Of a stretch of DNA of 64,000 bases, positions 21,920-36,669 are shown in pieces; position 1 is the first letter of the stretch; every line of letters begins with the position of its first letter. The notes below the pieces were generated by a model. It was given only the letters and a program-made list of their open reading frames with translations. It had not been told where the DNA came from and searched no databases. The DNA is from Tubiluchus corallicola (Eukaryota; Animalia; Priapulida): the NCBI GenBank assembly GCA_030141605.1, contig JAQGDQ010000235.1:62001-126000 (forward strand). Direction: 5' to 3'. Both the position numbers and the translations under genes were made by a program.

Positions 21920-22092
21920 AGTGACATGTACATTAAGTCACAGGGACATGCACATTATGTCACAGTGACAAGCACATTAAGTCACAGTGACATGCACATT
22001 AAGTCACAGTGACATGCACATTAAGTCACAGTGACATGCACATTTACAGTGACATGCACATTAAGTCACAGTGACATGCACATTATGTCATC
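21920..22092. repeat. 22-bp minisatellite, about 8 copies
   Basis: Unit gtgacatgcacattaagtcaca. Confidence 0.9.
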
Positions 22093-22390
22093 TTACAAAT
22101 TTATAATGAGTCATTATGTGGAGAAGCACGTTCATCTTGGTTATTTGTACATTCTCACAAACACATTTTATATGCAAAAATGTGAAACTAAATAGAAATA
22201 ATGACAAGTATGAGAGTTTTTCGTTGGTATCTCTAAGAAATTGCTTTTTACTTTCTTAATCTATTAAAATTAGTGGGGTGCTGTTTCAGAAAAATTTTGG
22301 CCATTGTTTTAATACTGTGTAAAACCAAACAAACATGTAATTTTAAAGTTACGCATTACGAAAATTACTAAACAAACAAACTGATATCAA

Positions 22391-22529
22391 GTTGTGAGCA
22401 GAAGCAGGCAAGGTCAGCAATGTCTGCATGAGGTGACCTAATCTTAGGAAGCCGGGTGAGTTGTGAGCAGAAGCAGGCAAGGTCAGCAATGTCTGCATGA
22501 GGTGACCTAATCTTAGGAAGCCAGGTGAA
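22391..22529. repeat. 69-bp tandem duplication, 2 copies
   Basis: gttgtgagcagaagcaggcaagg...aggaagcc at 22391 and 22460. Confidence 0.9.
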
Positions 22530-22785
22530 CCAGGTTGTAACTTGTGATATACGAAAATTAATACACAACACACCACTGTGCTGGGTTGTGAAGTAAAAGT
22601 ACTACCCTCACGTGCTCTGCTTCCGTACAAGTATAAAGAAAGAACTAAAAAGACTTATTATATTGGATATTATCAATGATATTGAGTCAAAATGTGAGTG
22701 CTACGTTCCACAGTCCTTATACACAAGTCATCACTAATTACTGTTAAACTTCAAGCTGCACAATGATCCTTAGTAAAATCGCCAC

Positions 22786-22890
22786 CTTTTTAGTTCTGCT
22801 TCTGTTGTTGGACCCCTTCTCATGGCCTGAGCTTGGCCCACACACAGTATGTAGCAGTAATAATGAGCCAGTCAGTAAAACAGTCTTCAT
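22786..22890 (-). CDS. C-type lectin A, exon 1 (signal peptide)
   Basis: MKTVLLTGSLLLLHTVCGPSSGHEKGSNNRSRTKK; phase-0 donor |gtggcg; clearly paralogous to 23409-23504. Confidence 0.8.
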
Positions 22891-23408
22891 TATCGGAATG
22901 AATTATGAAAACAAGCCTTGATGATTTGACAGCAAACTACAAAACATTAATCGTCGTGAGGATAAGATGATAACAAACAATATCTGTTGCATTTTTAAAA
23001 TGTGTAACAGCATTTTGGAAACAAGCAAGATTTAGATTTAATTTATCGTGACATCACAACTAGCAGAGCACATACCACTTACACATCATGAGAATAGCAA
23101 CATTGATATTTAGCATAGCTTACACCAAATGAAAAGTGTTAATTTTAGCAACTGTACTAACCTGCAAGTATTGAATATTTGCTAACATTTCCAAACGTTC
23201 TGATGTTTCTATTGTTTCGAAGAGCAACAAAGGGTTTGTATATTTTGCATTTAGCTGCCATTGTTCCTAGATACAATCGAAAATCATTGTCCAAATTGTT
23301 CTGTAACTTATATGGAATAAAAATTTTAATATTGTTCCTTTCAATGGTATGTTTATGATAATTACTGCCACGTGGATTGCGAGAAATCGACAAGACTTGT
23401 TCTCTACA

Positions 23409-23504
23409 ATGAAGATTGGTTTACTGACTGGCTCACTGTTACTGTTACTCACTTTGTGTGGTCCAAGTGCAGGTACTGAGAATGGGTCCAGTAACAGTAA
23501 CACG
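23409..23504 (+). CDS. C-type lectin B, exon 1 (signal peptide)
   Basis: MKIGLLTGSLLLLLTLCGPSAGTENGSSNSNT; phase-0 donor |gtaaga. Confidence 0.85.
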
Positions 23505-24781
23505 GTAAGAATACGAATAATTCATTTATTTGCCTTCCAAATAAATACAAAAAACAACAATAGCAACATTCAACAATATCTAAAGGAAGAGCCGTAGTAC
23601 GAATGATCAAAATAGTCATCTAATCTGCCGTCCTTAACTAGTGAAACTGCCAACCTCTAAATGGCGGATGAGCATAATTATATATAAATAAATTATATAA
23701 ACATAAAAATAAATAATAAATAAATAAATAATGGGCAAAGAATTAACTAAAGTTAAATAGATGGCAAACGTGTGGAAAATGATGTAGAAAATGCAAATGA
23801 TGTAAAACGAAAATAAATCAATAAATCAATAAATCAAGAGTAGACTGGTAATATCAAAACACACTTAAAGCAAATACCTAACAATTTGATCAAGAGAACC
23901 AGAGAAGTAAAGTAGTAATGATTTTAATATCAGTTCAGTTTACTATCAATTTGAACTTTGGAGAGACAATACAATAAAAACAACAACTTCTTTGAGAAGG
24001 GGTTTAACAAGAGAAAAGGTCTTAAATCAATCATTATTTATTTTAAGTGTAGCTTATTTACATGTTTGCTAGCAAAATGTCTCTTGTGTAAACAAATAAA
24101 AGTTTTGGAAGAATACTCAGTAATAACCATGTTGCTTCTCACATGACTTAGTGACCAGCATTATTTGTGTACTTGCAAACCAAAATCGTCCATATGTCAG
24201 CATAGTTAAAACTAATTTATGATGCGTCGAAGTAGAATGTACCAAAAGTTTCTAATGTGAATTTTCTGTTTTTTATCAAAACAATCTCGAAACAAATTAT
24301 CAGGAAAATGTTCAAAAAAATCATTTTTTGCCCCTTGTCCGCCTTTCTGGCTAGAAACTAGTTACTGCAATTTAAAAGACTTTTTCAAACGCCGATTGTA
24401 GTTCTTGGAAGCAGTTATTTTGCTTCGAGTTTTTTCTGTTGCCAAACCCAGATCTTCGTTGGGAAGAGCCATCTACTCAATTTATACACAACATAATGCA
24501 ACTTGCTTTTGCAAAATCCGTAGCAACCGCACTTTCGTACCGTTGCTAAGTGTTTTGTAGAAACGCGACAAAAAATAATGGCTAACTTTGACAGTGATTT
24601 TCTCAAGGTTATGCTTTTCAGTGCGCAGCCTGCACCTCAACTTCAACGTGGATTATCTCAGCTTAGAAATAACATAGAGTGATGAACTTGGTATCAAAAT
24701 GATCCTCATGAAATAGAGATTCAGGAGCTGTGACTAACTAGAAAAACCTACTTGCTGACTTATGAACGATTTTACTATGCA

Positions 24782-24783
<2 letters not shown>

Positions 24784-24868
<85 letters not shown>
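24784..24868. repeat. (CA)n microsatellite
   Basis: Seen directly. Confidence 0.95.
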
Positions 24869-24872
<4 letters not shown>

Positions 24873-24983
24873 CTAATATGTAATATAACCTAATAACTGT
24901 GAGCAAAATATATTTAAATTTGAAATGAATTTAATATTCATTTTTAATAATTGAATACAATAAACGTTCATGTTTGCTTTTAG

Positions 24984-25149
24984 ACCACTTGTTGCCCAAA
25001 TGATGGAGAATATTACAATGGAAAATGCTACACGTTTCACAAAGAAGCTTTTACCTGGTGGAAAGCAATGATGATTTGCAAAATGGCGGCTAGTGAATTG
25101 GTTGCCATAGAGACGGCCGCAGTAAATCAGTTTATAATCGACCACCTGA
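24984..25149 (+). CDS. C-type lectin B, exon 2
   Basis: tttgcttttag| acceptor; TTCCPNDGEYYNGKCYTFHKEAFTWWKAMMICKMAASELVAIETAAVNQFIIDHL; phase-1 donor |gtacga (boundary uncertain). Confidence 0.85.
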
Positions 25150-25324
25150 GTACGAATGGCACGTATTTAAAGTTAGCTACAATTTTTCACTCTCTTGTAA
25201 TAGAGTCTTATGAAAATCATAATCTAGCAGATCTTCGTTTGTGAAGCTTATTGCAATTATATTTAGAATATTACACTGGATAATTAGCCTTGAAGAGTGA
25301 CGAAGACTCAATGACATGGCAGTC

Positions 25325-25446
<122 letters not shown>

Positions 25447-26430
25447 ACATTTATACAGAGACACTCAATTAGCAACTCTTGCACAATATGTTGGCTTACA
25501 GAGAAAAGTTGACCTCTAAGCAGGGGCAATGAGTTACGGATTTCTTTACGTTTAACTGACGTGACACGGTTTGAAATTCACAACAGCATTTTGACCAAGC
25601 TGACCTCATCAAATCCTATTTGATTTGACCAAAAATTGTCCAGAAAACTGCAGTTCAAAGTGGTATAATTTGGCCCGGATATATTTTCTGCTAAATTTAC
25701 GTTACGGACAAGAAAAGGGGGCAGCTGAAGTAGATTTTAGAAAAATTGCCTTAAAAAAAGACGACTTTACAGCAATTTTATGCACATATTGCATTCGCGT
25801 TGAAAGGAATTTTCGTTTCTTTCCATTTTAAATCTCCAGCAATACTGTTCGGACGGCGCCATTACATGACGTCACTACGCCAAGTAAATTAGGGCAAAAA
25901 AGGCAATGTTAAATTATGACCCAAAAAAGCTTTTCATGCACTTAGCATTTTGCTTACCTGCTGGGAAAACTTATATAGCTAGACTAATCATTTAAAATGT
26001 TTGTGCCAGTTGGTAAAATGTCGCTGATTCACCCTCCAGGGTGTGCCACTCAATAACCAAAAACGTATTTTTAATCTTACTGACAAGGTACAGTAATTTA
26101 AATTTTTACTTAATTAGCAACATGTATGCTACGAATGCTCTGATTTTTTTTTCAAACTTTACTCAACGTTATCAAAACTTGTTTCAAACGACCTACCATT
26201 AAAATGGCTGCGCCTAACGGTCATCGCGGGAGATTAAATTTACACGTTTTATGAGCTTTACGGTGCATACGAAAAGATAGTATGTAAGTGGTATAAAATT
26301 TCAAGACGAATCTTTTAAGGTTCATGTAAGTCGAGGGTTTTCTTGTGCTTGTAACCTGATTTTCCAATTTCTTCCTTAAACGAAACTAGATCCTCGCTCC
26401 ATGCTTATTGACAAACGTGTTTTTATACAG

Positions 26431-26666
26431 AGATGATGTTTGTCTGGAATGGTGGAACAGACCAACATCACGAGGGTGACTTCAGGTGGATATCCAACGG
26501 CCAACCTTGTCTATTGCCTAACTGGGACCAGGAAGTCGACCAGGAACCAAATAATCATTTGGGAAGAGAGCACTGTATAATGATGCCATACCATCGTGGT
26601 TATCGTTGGAACGATAGAGATTGTTTTGCAATGTTCTCTTTCATCTGCGAATCAAGTGTTAAATAG
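26431..26666 (+). CDS. C-type lectin B, exon 3
   Basis: tttttatacag| acceptor; VWNGGTD...EGDFRWISNGQPCL...EPNN...EHC...WNDRDC...FICE. Confidence 0.9.
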
Positions 26667-28819
26667 TTTATAGTTTTTCTCATTGTTTTTTTAACAGACT
26701 GTATTGTTTATTATATTTAGTTGTTATTGATGATAATAGAATTCAGTTGACAATGTTTTTGACGTGATCAGAAACTGAAGATTTTGCCAACAATAGTTGT
26801 GAAATTCAGCCTTAAAGATGAAGAGATGACAGCCTTCTTTGAAAGTGCTTATTTTCTTTTATTGAATTGCTTGAATACATGGAAAATGCATTTCACAATG
26901 AAATCTCGGCATTTAACTGTTCGGCCAATCAGCCAAGGGTCAAAGGTCAACAGTCGTGGCATAACTTATGTCATTCAGTTTGTCTCACTGAGACCTTTCA
27001 TTTGACATACAACAACCTACTTTTGGTAGACCCTTTAAGGCAATTGTCTCCTGGACCCCTAGTTTGCCCCTAACTGGGTCACAAATTAGCAATTTACAAT
27101 GTAACATTTGCCATTCGATTCGCCTCATCGAGACATTTCATTTGATATGCTGCAAAGTATCATTGCTCAACACTCCGTGCACTTCAGTTCCAGAACCCCA
27201 TTTTTCGGTCACCCCCTAGAGGGGTTGTACGTTAACCATTCACAATGTAACCTTTGCCATTCGATTCGCCTCCTCAAAATATTTCATTTGATGTGCTACA
27301 AGTAACTATTCCAATATACTTGATGCATTTCTGTTCCCGACCCCCATTTTAGGGGTTCTGCCTCCTAGCGGAAAATTTTTCCCATCTCCAAATCACCCAT
27401 ATCCAGGGTGACTCATAGGATACAACACACAAATGTGATTAATACAGGATACGGGAGTTGGGATGATTGTTGCAAACAATGGGCCAACTGATATTCAAAA
27501 TATGAGAGCAACAGAACTAGCAACAATTTTTGGCTAGATTTGCTACTTAACATAGATCCCGTGCTCAATGAGTCGACAGATCGCATCCATCTACCACTTA
27601 GGTCCGTCCGTATTCAGAACGTGTGTAATCCTCTAATTATGAACATGGATTTGAGGTTAGCAGATGTGCCAGTAAGTGATGATTTGAAGGAGAAAGATTC
27701 TATAAAAAGTCACACAAACAAAAAGGCCGTGTTGGAGACTACACACATGACATTGAAAAAAACAAACTCTATTTCAAACTAAGACTTGGCATGGGCCATC
27801 TTGAACCACAGGAGAAACGGGATACTTCCTTCATCGACTTTTTTGGTCCCACGTGGTTCAACAGTAGCTGCAACAGTTCTCAGCAAAATTATCCAAAACT
27901 GGAATTTCTCCGACTATCTCTGGAGAATCAAGAAAAATTACATCTATCAAGATAGCATGGCTAAATCTGCCTCCACTATTTTCAAAAGATCATCCAGTTC
28001 CAACATCTGAGGACGCTGCAACTCTTTGCCCACCTTTGACTACTGAAGGATTTCCATCTCCATGTGTCCCTCTAACTATTTCAGGAAATGTGAAGTGTTT
28101 GAAGTCATAGCGTGGACTAATTTTGGTGATTTTCCTACAGCCAGCGGTGATTTGTTTTTTGTAAGACATGATTGTTTGAATAAAGTTAAACCAAAAATTA
28201 GCTTTAACGTCACACTCTAACAATTGTATGTATCTAATTTAGAGAAATGTAAAAGCCAATTAACTAGTTGACTAGCAAGCTATTTGAATTCTGTTTTTTT
28301 TGTAAATCTTGACTTTTTTGCAGCCTTGTACTGTTTATATTTTTATCTGCCTCTTATAATATTTAATCAAAAATGTTTTTTGTGACAATGTCACTATGTT
28401 TATAGTTTAATATCGGTAGCTGTTTACTGGCGTGCAGGAAAGGTGCTGTTTAGCAGAATAGGAACTAGACCCTAGTCAAAGGTTAGTAAGTCTGTTAGTC
28501 ATGAAGTTGTCATGAAACGTTTCTCAGAAACTGAAAAATAAAATGCATAAATACAATTATAATGCAAAATATATTTGTCAATGTAAAAACAAACATATAA
28601 AAACAAATATGAAAAAGGCAACAAATTAGAGAAAAGTAAAAAAACTACGGACCAAAGACGGAGAAGTGCAAAATGAATGAGGGAAGTCGAGAAGCCAGAT
28701 ACGTAATGAAGCCAGGACACAGACACGAGCCTACCAAATATTAAACATTGCAGGAAAACATGATACAGATCCGATGTTCACTGATCTATCATAAAAATGA
28801 AACGCAAAACATGAAGCGA

Positions 28820-29391
28820 ATTTATACAAGCGTTGTATATAAACAACCAGTATATTTAATTTATACAGGCGTTGTATATAAACAACCAGTAGATTTAGTT
28901 TATACAGGCGTTGTATATAAACAACCAGTAGATTTAACCTATACAAGCGTTGTATATAAGCAACCAGTAGTTTTAACTTATACAGGCGTTGTATATAAAC
29001 AACCAGTATATTTAATTTATACAGGCGTTGTATATAAACAACCAGTATATTTAATTTATACAGGCGTTGTATATAAACAACCAGTAGATTTAATTTATAC
29101 AGGCGTTGTATATAAACAACCAGTAGATTTAACCTATACAAGCGTTGTATATAAGCAACCAGTAGTTTTAACTTATACAAGCGTTGTATATAAACAACCA
29201 GTATATTTAATTTATACAGGCGTTGTATATAAACAACCAGTATATTTAATTTATACAAGCGTTGTATATAAACAAGCAGTAGTTTTAACTTATACAAGCG
29301 TTGTATATAAACAAGCAGTAGTTTTAATTTATACAGGCGTTGTATATAAACAACCAGTATATTTAATTTATACAGGCGTTGTATATAAACA
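28820..29391. repeat. 39-bp minisatellite, about 14-15 copies
   Basis: Unit atttatacaggcgttgtatataaacaaccagtatattta. Confidence 0.95.
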
Positions 29392-29644
29392 TTATTGAAA
29401 ATTATTACCTAAATGGGGGATTTCCTGACTTTTGTAAGAGACTTTCCATGGTTAAAATAATTCAAACCTAATGCTTATGCAAAAACATTAGTAATGTATT
29501 TTTGGTAAAAACTTAAAAACTAGTTACATCTAGATGGAAATTGACCCTGTGCTGCGCAGTTGCAGTTGACAATAGACGTCCGAAGAATGGGCATTCAAAA
29601 TGGGAGTTGTATATTATGTACCTGGTCTACAATGTGGAGCTTTG

Positions 29645-30183
29645 TTACACTATCACATCACTATCACTATCACTATCACTTTCAGCTGAATCTTCACTTG
29701 CAGTATCCTGCTCATTATCCAGTTCTGAAGTTTGAAGTTGGTCACTTTCTTGTTCACTCTCTCCATTTGTACTATTATCTTCGTCATTTACTTTTCTTCT
29801 TGCAATTAACAACAGCAATCCCATAAATATTTGTGAACCTACCAGGATACTAACTATGACACCTGGTATGATTTTGGATAAAGGTACCGTAGGCGTGTCT
29901 GGAGTTGTTGTGTCTGATGTTGTTATTTCTGTCATGGTCACGGATGTGGTTCTTGTCATTGTGGTTGTAATCGTTGATATTGTTGTTTTCGTTGCTGTTG
30001 TATTTGTTGCTATTGATGTTGCTGTAGTTGTTGTCGTCCTTGTGCTCGTCGTCATCGTCGTCGTAATCGTTGTTGTTTTTGTTGTTGGAGTTGTTGCTGT
30101 TGTTGTTGTTGCTGCTGTTGTTGTTCTAGTGGTAGTAGTAGGTGTTGTTGTTGTTGTTTTTGTTCTTGTTGGTGTTGTTGTTG

Positions 30184-30215
<32 letters not shown>

Positions 30216-30437
30216 GTTGGTGGTGGTGGTGATGGTGTTGTCGTCGTCGTCGTCGTGGTCGTCGTCGTTGTTGTTGTTATTGTTGTTGGTGTTGTTGGTG
30301 TTGTTGTTGTTGTTGTTGTCGTCGTGGTCATCGTGGTCGTCGTCGTCATTGTTGTTGTTGTTGTTGTTGTTGTTGTCGTCGTCGTCGTCGTCGTCGTCGT
30401 GGTCGTTGTTGTTGTTGTTGTTGTTGTTGTTGTTGGT

Positions 30438-30475
<38 letters not shown>

Positions 30476-30585
30476 GGTCGTTGTTGTTGTTGTTGTTGTC
30501 GTCGTGGTCATCGTGGTCGTCGTCGTCATTGTTGTTGTTGTTGTTGTTGTTGTTGTCGTCGTTGTCGTCGTCGTCGTCGTGGTCG

Positions 30586-30619
<34 letters not shown>

Positions 30620-31893
30620 CGTCGTTGTCGTCGTCGTCGTCGTGGTCGTTGTTGTTGTTGTTGTTGTTGTTGTTGTTGGTGTCGTCGTCGTCGTCGTCGT
30701 CGTCGTTGTTGTTGTTGTTGTTGTTTGTCGTCGTCGTCGTCGTTGGTACACAATTAAAATCTCCAAGTGTAGCACAAAATGCAGGGCTAGGAAACTGGCA
30801 GTCAATGCAATTTTTCGGACTTGCCCATGGGGGTTCCATAATCCATTTTAAGTCGCAGTCGCAATACAAACTTTCACCTAGAAGTTAAAAACATATTAAA
30901 GTCAAAACTATATTAAACTGGCAGTCAGCTATGATAGACGTCACTTAATCAGAGAAATACAGTTTCAATTTTATATCAACTCTTTAAGTAGACTGGCAAG
31001 AGTATACACTATCACTTTCAGCTAAGGCTTCACTTATGTACGTTTCTTGCATAACTCAATTTTAAATGTTTTTAGTGATGCCACCGATAGCTTATAAAGG
31101 GTTACCAGGTTCAGGAAAATACTGCTTTATACGATATTTCTTTGGTGGAAGCCAAAATTTTTCCATCTAATTTTCATCTTGGTTGTGTCATGACAGCAGG
31201 ATGTCAAATATGTGAAATACCAGCTTATAACACTCCTTGCAAAATAGTAATACTGTTTTGTAATAAATTCTTTTTGAAAACTTACCGTTAAACGTCGTTA
31301 AACCGAAAACCTGCCGTCAACTTACCAGAAAATCTAAACTGCACATCTGTAGGCTTAAGGTTACTGTGAAGTTTAAAGGGCTTGAGTCCTTCAATTCCGT
31401 TTGAATCAAAAAACACCTCGACCAAGTGAGGATTATTCGAAAAATCAAGTTCAATGGTTCCATACAACCAATTAGTCCAGATATGAATATAGTCAACTTT
31501 TGTATTCTTGAAGGCTTTTGGATGTATATACTCAAGTTGCGTACCTTCAATCAGCACCTTATTTAAACGACCGTTTATCGAATTTTCTTCTAAACGTTCT
31601 AAACTGCCATATTTTATATGCAAAATGCTGTCTGGCGATTGCTTTGCTTGAAAAAAGTTGTCAGGCAACTCAGTTCCTGCGTAATTCTCAATTTTAACTT
31701 CGTAGAATCCATCATCTCAATTGCCCAATTTATTATCTACGTTTGCAAGTTCACCCTTTGTAGCTATTCCTTGGCAGTCTACTGTGCATTTGTGTCGTAA
31801 TTTATTGATGGTGCAGCCTGGAATTCTTTGTCCGCAAAACGTTGATAGGGAAACAGTTACCAAAGTTGAGAAGCAAGCAGCAGCAAGCCACAT
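29645..31893 (-). pseudogene. Two-exon LRR + LRRCT + Thr-rich mucin stalk + TM receptor, disrupted in this sequence
   Basis: Exon 1 (31893-31326): signal peptide MWLAAACFSTLVTVSLS, Cys cap, divergent LRRs (ELPDNFF, LERLEENS, LEYIHPKAF), donor G|gtaagt. Exon 2 (30877-29645): LRRCT LYCDCDLKWI...CQFP...FNC, poly-Thr stalk, TM IIPGVIVSILVGSQIFMGLLLLIA-RRK, acidic tail. In-frame TGA at 31717-31719; extra base near 30725. Confidence 0.75.
29960..30745. repeat. Coding (ACA/ACG)n trinucleotide tract encoding the Thr stalk on the minus strand
   Basis: (gtt/gtc)n on the plus strand; includes a 180-bp internal duplication (30301 vs 30481). Confidence 0.9.
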
Positions 31894-32522
31894 GATCTTT
31901 CTGTTTCAGCAAATATCCGAAATTTGCTTAAAATAATCTGTGACGTCTGTAAACAATACTAAAAGATTAATAATTTCTTTCTTCCGTGAACGATTTCTTC
32001 TTTTCTTCCAATAGATTTGGTGGTTTTTAACAGTAGAACGCTATAAATTTTAACGCAAGTTCACAATATCTATTCAAATATTTTATCTTGATTCCAAATC
32101 TAAAGAATGCATTCTATAATAATTGTTATGACGTATATTTAGATTAGCGCACACAAAGTTCGCTTAATGTTTGTTTATTCTTGTAGTTAAAGCTGCTTGC
32201 TGATTATTGTTGTTTATAGCGTGGCGTGTGAGGTAACCACGACGGGCATGGCAAACTATCAAGACTGTATTTAATGAGCAACACATTTATTAAACATATA
32301 TTTATTAAACACGACACAGTAAATATAAGAGGGTAGCAATGCCAGCCCTCCATCTATCTTCAACAATAATTATTTACCTTTGCAAATGAAATGTTATAAC
32401 CTATAGAAGCCAAGTATTTTTATTTCTTAAGAGGGAGTCCTAGCTATTCAAAATTTAAAGTATATGACAATTTTTTACGATAATTTTAACTGTTGGAATT
32501 TGCTGTTTCCCTTTTAATCGTA

Positions 32523-33270
32523 CGGCAGCAGCGTATTTACGACACCTAGCGTATCGCAGGCGAGTTCAACGAGTGGAAAGCGTGTTGCAACAGATATCTG
32601 CACAATAGTGGCCAGCTGTCCAGGAATTTAAGCTCCTGGCTTCGTTGATACATTGAGTTATTGTATTATCAAGCACACATCGTGTACTTAAGCAGTGGTG
32701 TCTGACTAAAACAGAGACTAGAGATAACCCTTTGCGTGGTTTGACTAATGACGATAATCATGTACCTCTAGACCAACGCAGAACTGCCGAACAAAAGGCA
32801 ACTGTCCTGGAATTACCATTTGGTTAAATAGCAAACTACTGTCCTGTTGTATCACGTAACACAATTGTCAAAAATCCTACCTTCTTAGAACAAATATTTT
32901 GGTGCACATTTTTTGATTTTTCGCAAATAAAATTAGATCTCCTTGAGCGTCTAGAAGATTTATCTCAGAGAATCATGGCCTCTGTCGTGGATAATTTACT
33001 CAAGAGTAGGGGGCCATCAACCATCATGCGATTTGGAAACTACCCCCCTTCTCTAGAAAATCACATTGTTTTGATTTGGTTACAACTTCTTCACAGGATC
33101 TACACAAATTCACAGTATTTAAGGATCCACACAAATTAGTGAAGCAACATTACGGAGCCGAATTACGTACAAGCACCCTTGCATCAATAAAACCAGAGAT
33201 CTCTCAGACACTCAGTTCACTAGTGGATGAAATTAATGCAACCGAAGATGCAAGAACTATGTTGGCATAA
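32523..33270 (+). mobile_element. Degenerate LTR-retrotransposon (Gypsy-like) gag remnant
   Basis: Fragments STHRVLKQWCLTKTET, IANYCPVVSRNTIVKN, ERLEDLSQRIMASVVDNLL and [25 protein letters not shown] match a gag family I recall from marine invertebrates; PBS-like ggcagcagcg at 32524. Confidence 0.7.
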
Positions 33271-33324
33271 ATACAAAACCATTTGGTGAATCTGCATTTC
33301 TTGGTAAAGCATAGTTGTATTGCT

Positions 33325-34061
<737 letters not shown>

Positions 34062-34514
34062 TTCCAGATCACACTAACAATTTGACTCAACATAGCTGCA
34101 CAAGGTATACACAAAGATATACAAATTTAGTTGTAAACTCCATGATGCGAAAAAAACTATTATTTAATTGTGTTAAAATGTATACTTTTTATCGGACTTG
34201 AAAATGAGGCAGTATGTAAAAAATAATACTCTCTTCCTTTAAAAACGTGCCATGTCCAGGAAACCAACGTGACTCTTATTCGTACAAAAGTACCATTTGA
34301 AGCGTAATTGTGACGTGAATTATACTTATTTACTTATACAATTTTCTTAGATTACGGTTGTTTAAGAAAAATGTTATTTTTACTTTAGGTGGAGGCGTAA
34401 ACCTGTACATCCTGAAAAATAAAATTATCAAATTAGTCAAATCATCGTTTCCCCAAATTGACCTCCACATTATTTTGAGATCGTAATAGCCCAGCTTATC
34501 TTTTGAAATTTAAA

Positions 34515-34650
34515 GATGGTGTTTAGCTGTTGATAACATCAGATATTTTTTACAAAATATACTTGTCTCGACAGCAGAGCTAACTACATTGGCAAAACGG
34601 CTCAACATTTCTTGGTAAGAGGTTGCGAAAACCTAGCAATTTCCCATTTG
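34515..34650 (+). mobile_element. Penelope-like GIY-YIG fragment (duplicate of 36670-36805)
   Basis: KYTCLDSRANYIGKTAQHFLVR; near-identical to 36670-36805. Confidence 0.7.
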
Positions 34651-36553
34651 GTCCCCTTTTTTTCTTAATTTACATCAATGATTTGGCACACTGTTCTGAT
34701 TTCCACGTCCGGTTATTTGCAGATGATATGAACCTATTTTTACATGGTACTAATCTTAGACAGCTTCAACTCAAGACTAACAATGAACTAGACTAGATAG
34801 ATACATGGATGAATGCTAATAAGTTAACAATAAACTATGAAAAAACGAAATATATGCTTATTTCTAGCCAAGCCTTTGATGCACGTAATACTTTTAAGCT
34901 GTTTATGGGGGATAATGAATTAATTGCAGCCGATAATTTAAAATACTTAGGTTTGTACATTGATAATACATTGTCATGGAAAACTCAAATTAAATCAGTC
35001 ACGTATAAACATAATAAGCTCACTGGTCTTTTTGCTAAAGTGCGATATTTCTTAGACACCTTCATCTTACTAATGCTTTACTACTCACTTGCATATCCTT
35101 ATCTCCGGTATTGTATCCTGTGCGTTGGTACTGCAAAAACATCTGTCCTAAAACCACTCATTACAGCCCAGAATAAGATGGTGAAAATCATTACATTTAG
35201 CCCATATCGTGCTCATGCTACAACCTCTTATGTTAAACTAAAACTGTTAAAACTTAATGAAATCTACCGATTAGAACTGGCTAAACTCATGTATCGTTTT
35301 TTAAATAAGAACTTACCTGAACTATTCTCTAACTATTTTACTACCATATCTGAAATCCATAACTACGAAACTAGATCTGCCACTCGTGGTCTATATCTTA
35401 CGCCCAGTTTCTGTACCACTCATGGATTAAGTACTATCAAATATCAAGCTGTTAAATTCTGGAATTGTTTGAACAGTAATATTAAAGATTCTAACAGTAT
35501 CTATATTTTGATCTCTAAACTTGAAAAGCAATTGCTATTAACTTACACTGATTAATTTCAAGCTCTTACTCAACTATATTCTATTTTCTTTACCTAACTT
35601 AATAATCCTAACTACTTTAATATTCATAAAACTGAAAATACTACAGCATGCCATGAATCTGTGGCTCAGAAAATATACTCTAATACTCAATTAATTTTTT
35701 TTCTCAATTATTGAATAACGAGCTACCGATTCGTACTTTGAATGCTGTTACTTATAACTCTACAAATTAATTAATCCACAGGCAATTAAGATATTATCCT
35801 AAATATCAGGAAATACTCTGTCTTTCATCTCTTCTTTACAGCAGAGTATTTATTAAAGTCATACTACAATCAGAGTTATTAAAGTCATACTGCAATACTA
35901 TTTTATGAGTAAAGATTTAGGTGTTGTTCACAGATTGCACAAGTCTTACCTCTCCTTTATAAAATTACTAAAAAACCTGTATAGCTAAATGTTTGTCTTA
36001 TCAGTATATTGAAAATTATATTATTTAGTATTATTGTCCAAGTCAGTACATTTGTTCTTAATCAATAAGCCTGGAAATAATGAAGTTGAACTCAAATCAA
36101 AATGTATTTAACTCCTGTTGTTGATTAATAGCATTATTAACCCAAAGTGTTTTTATCATTTCATAACAATTTTGACCTGTATTTCACATAAAACCTAAAT
36201 GCAATTTTTAGTTTAATCAAGATTGACCTTATTTTGTTGCCCGCTAATTAAACTACATGTATATTTTAATATTATAATGTCATAATTTTTAAAATTACTA
36301 ATGTTTCCTAAATTAAACTGATAACATTAATGCCCACCAGTGTCTAAAAAATCTTTTTATCTATATTCGGTAAAGGATAGCAGACTAGGTGGCTTTATAG
36401 TCTTTTCGCTATCCTTTCTCTAGCTCTAGATCTATCTATACATTTTAACCATTCTTCAAAACTTAGTAGAGATTCTTTTATTAATCATATTTTATTGTAG
36501 CATTATAAAGAGATAAATAAATTAAAATTGAATTGAAAAATTGAATTGAATTT
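34650..36553 (+). mobile_element. 5-prime-truncated CR1/L2-like LINE with 3-prime UTR
   Basis: GPLFFLIYINDL, LFADD, WMNANKLTIN, KYLG; ORF ends at 35555; AATAAA and (AATTG)n tail at about 36520-36553. Confidence 0.85.
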
Positions 36554-36669
36554 AGCATAGAATATGTAAACAAAATAGTGTATTTTGGACAGCAAGCGAA
36601 AAAAGCCTTTCCAGAGCATGTTCGGCAAAATAATAAAAATTTATCAACATTGTCAGTTGCAAGCTGTGT

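Noticed and set aside
27400-28230. Coding-like composition with short ORFs on both strands
   Set aside because: No recognisable motif or consistent splice model; probably a decayed element.
29856-30888. Poly-Val and poly-Leu/Ser ORFs on the plus strand; poly-Asn/Asp and Gln/Arg ORFs on the minus strand
   Set aside because: Antisense or shifted readings of the Thr-stalk codons.
31717-31719. TGA recoding (selenocysteine or variant code), suggested by in-frame TGA here and at 44300/44321
   Set aside because: TTC27 (593 codons) and the cadherin (787 codons) contain no internal TGA, Trp is TGG in the lectins, no SECIS was recognised, and the LRR gene also has a frameshift.
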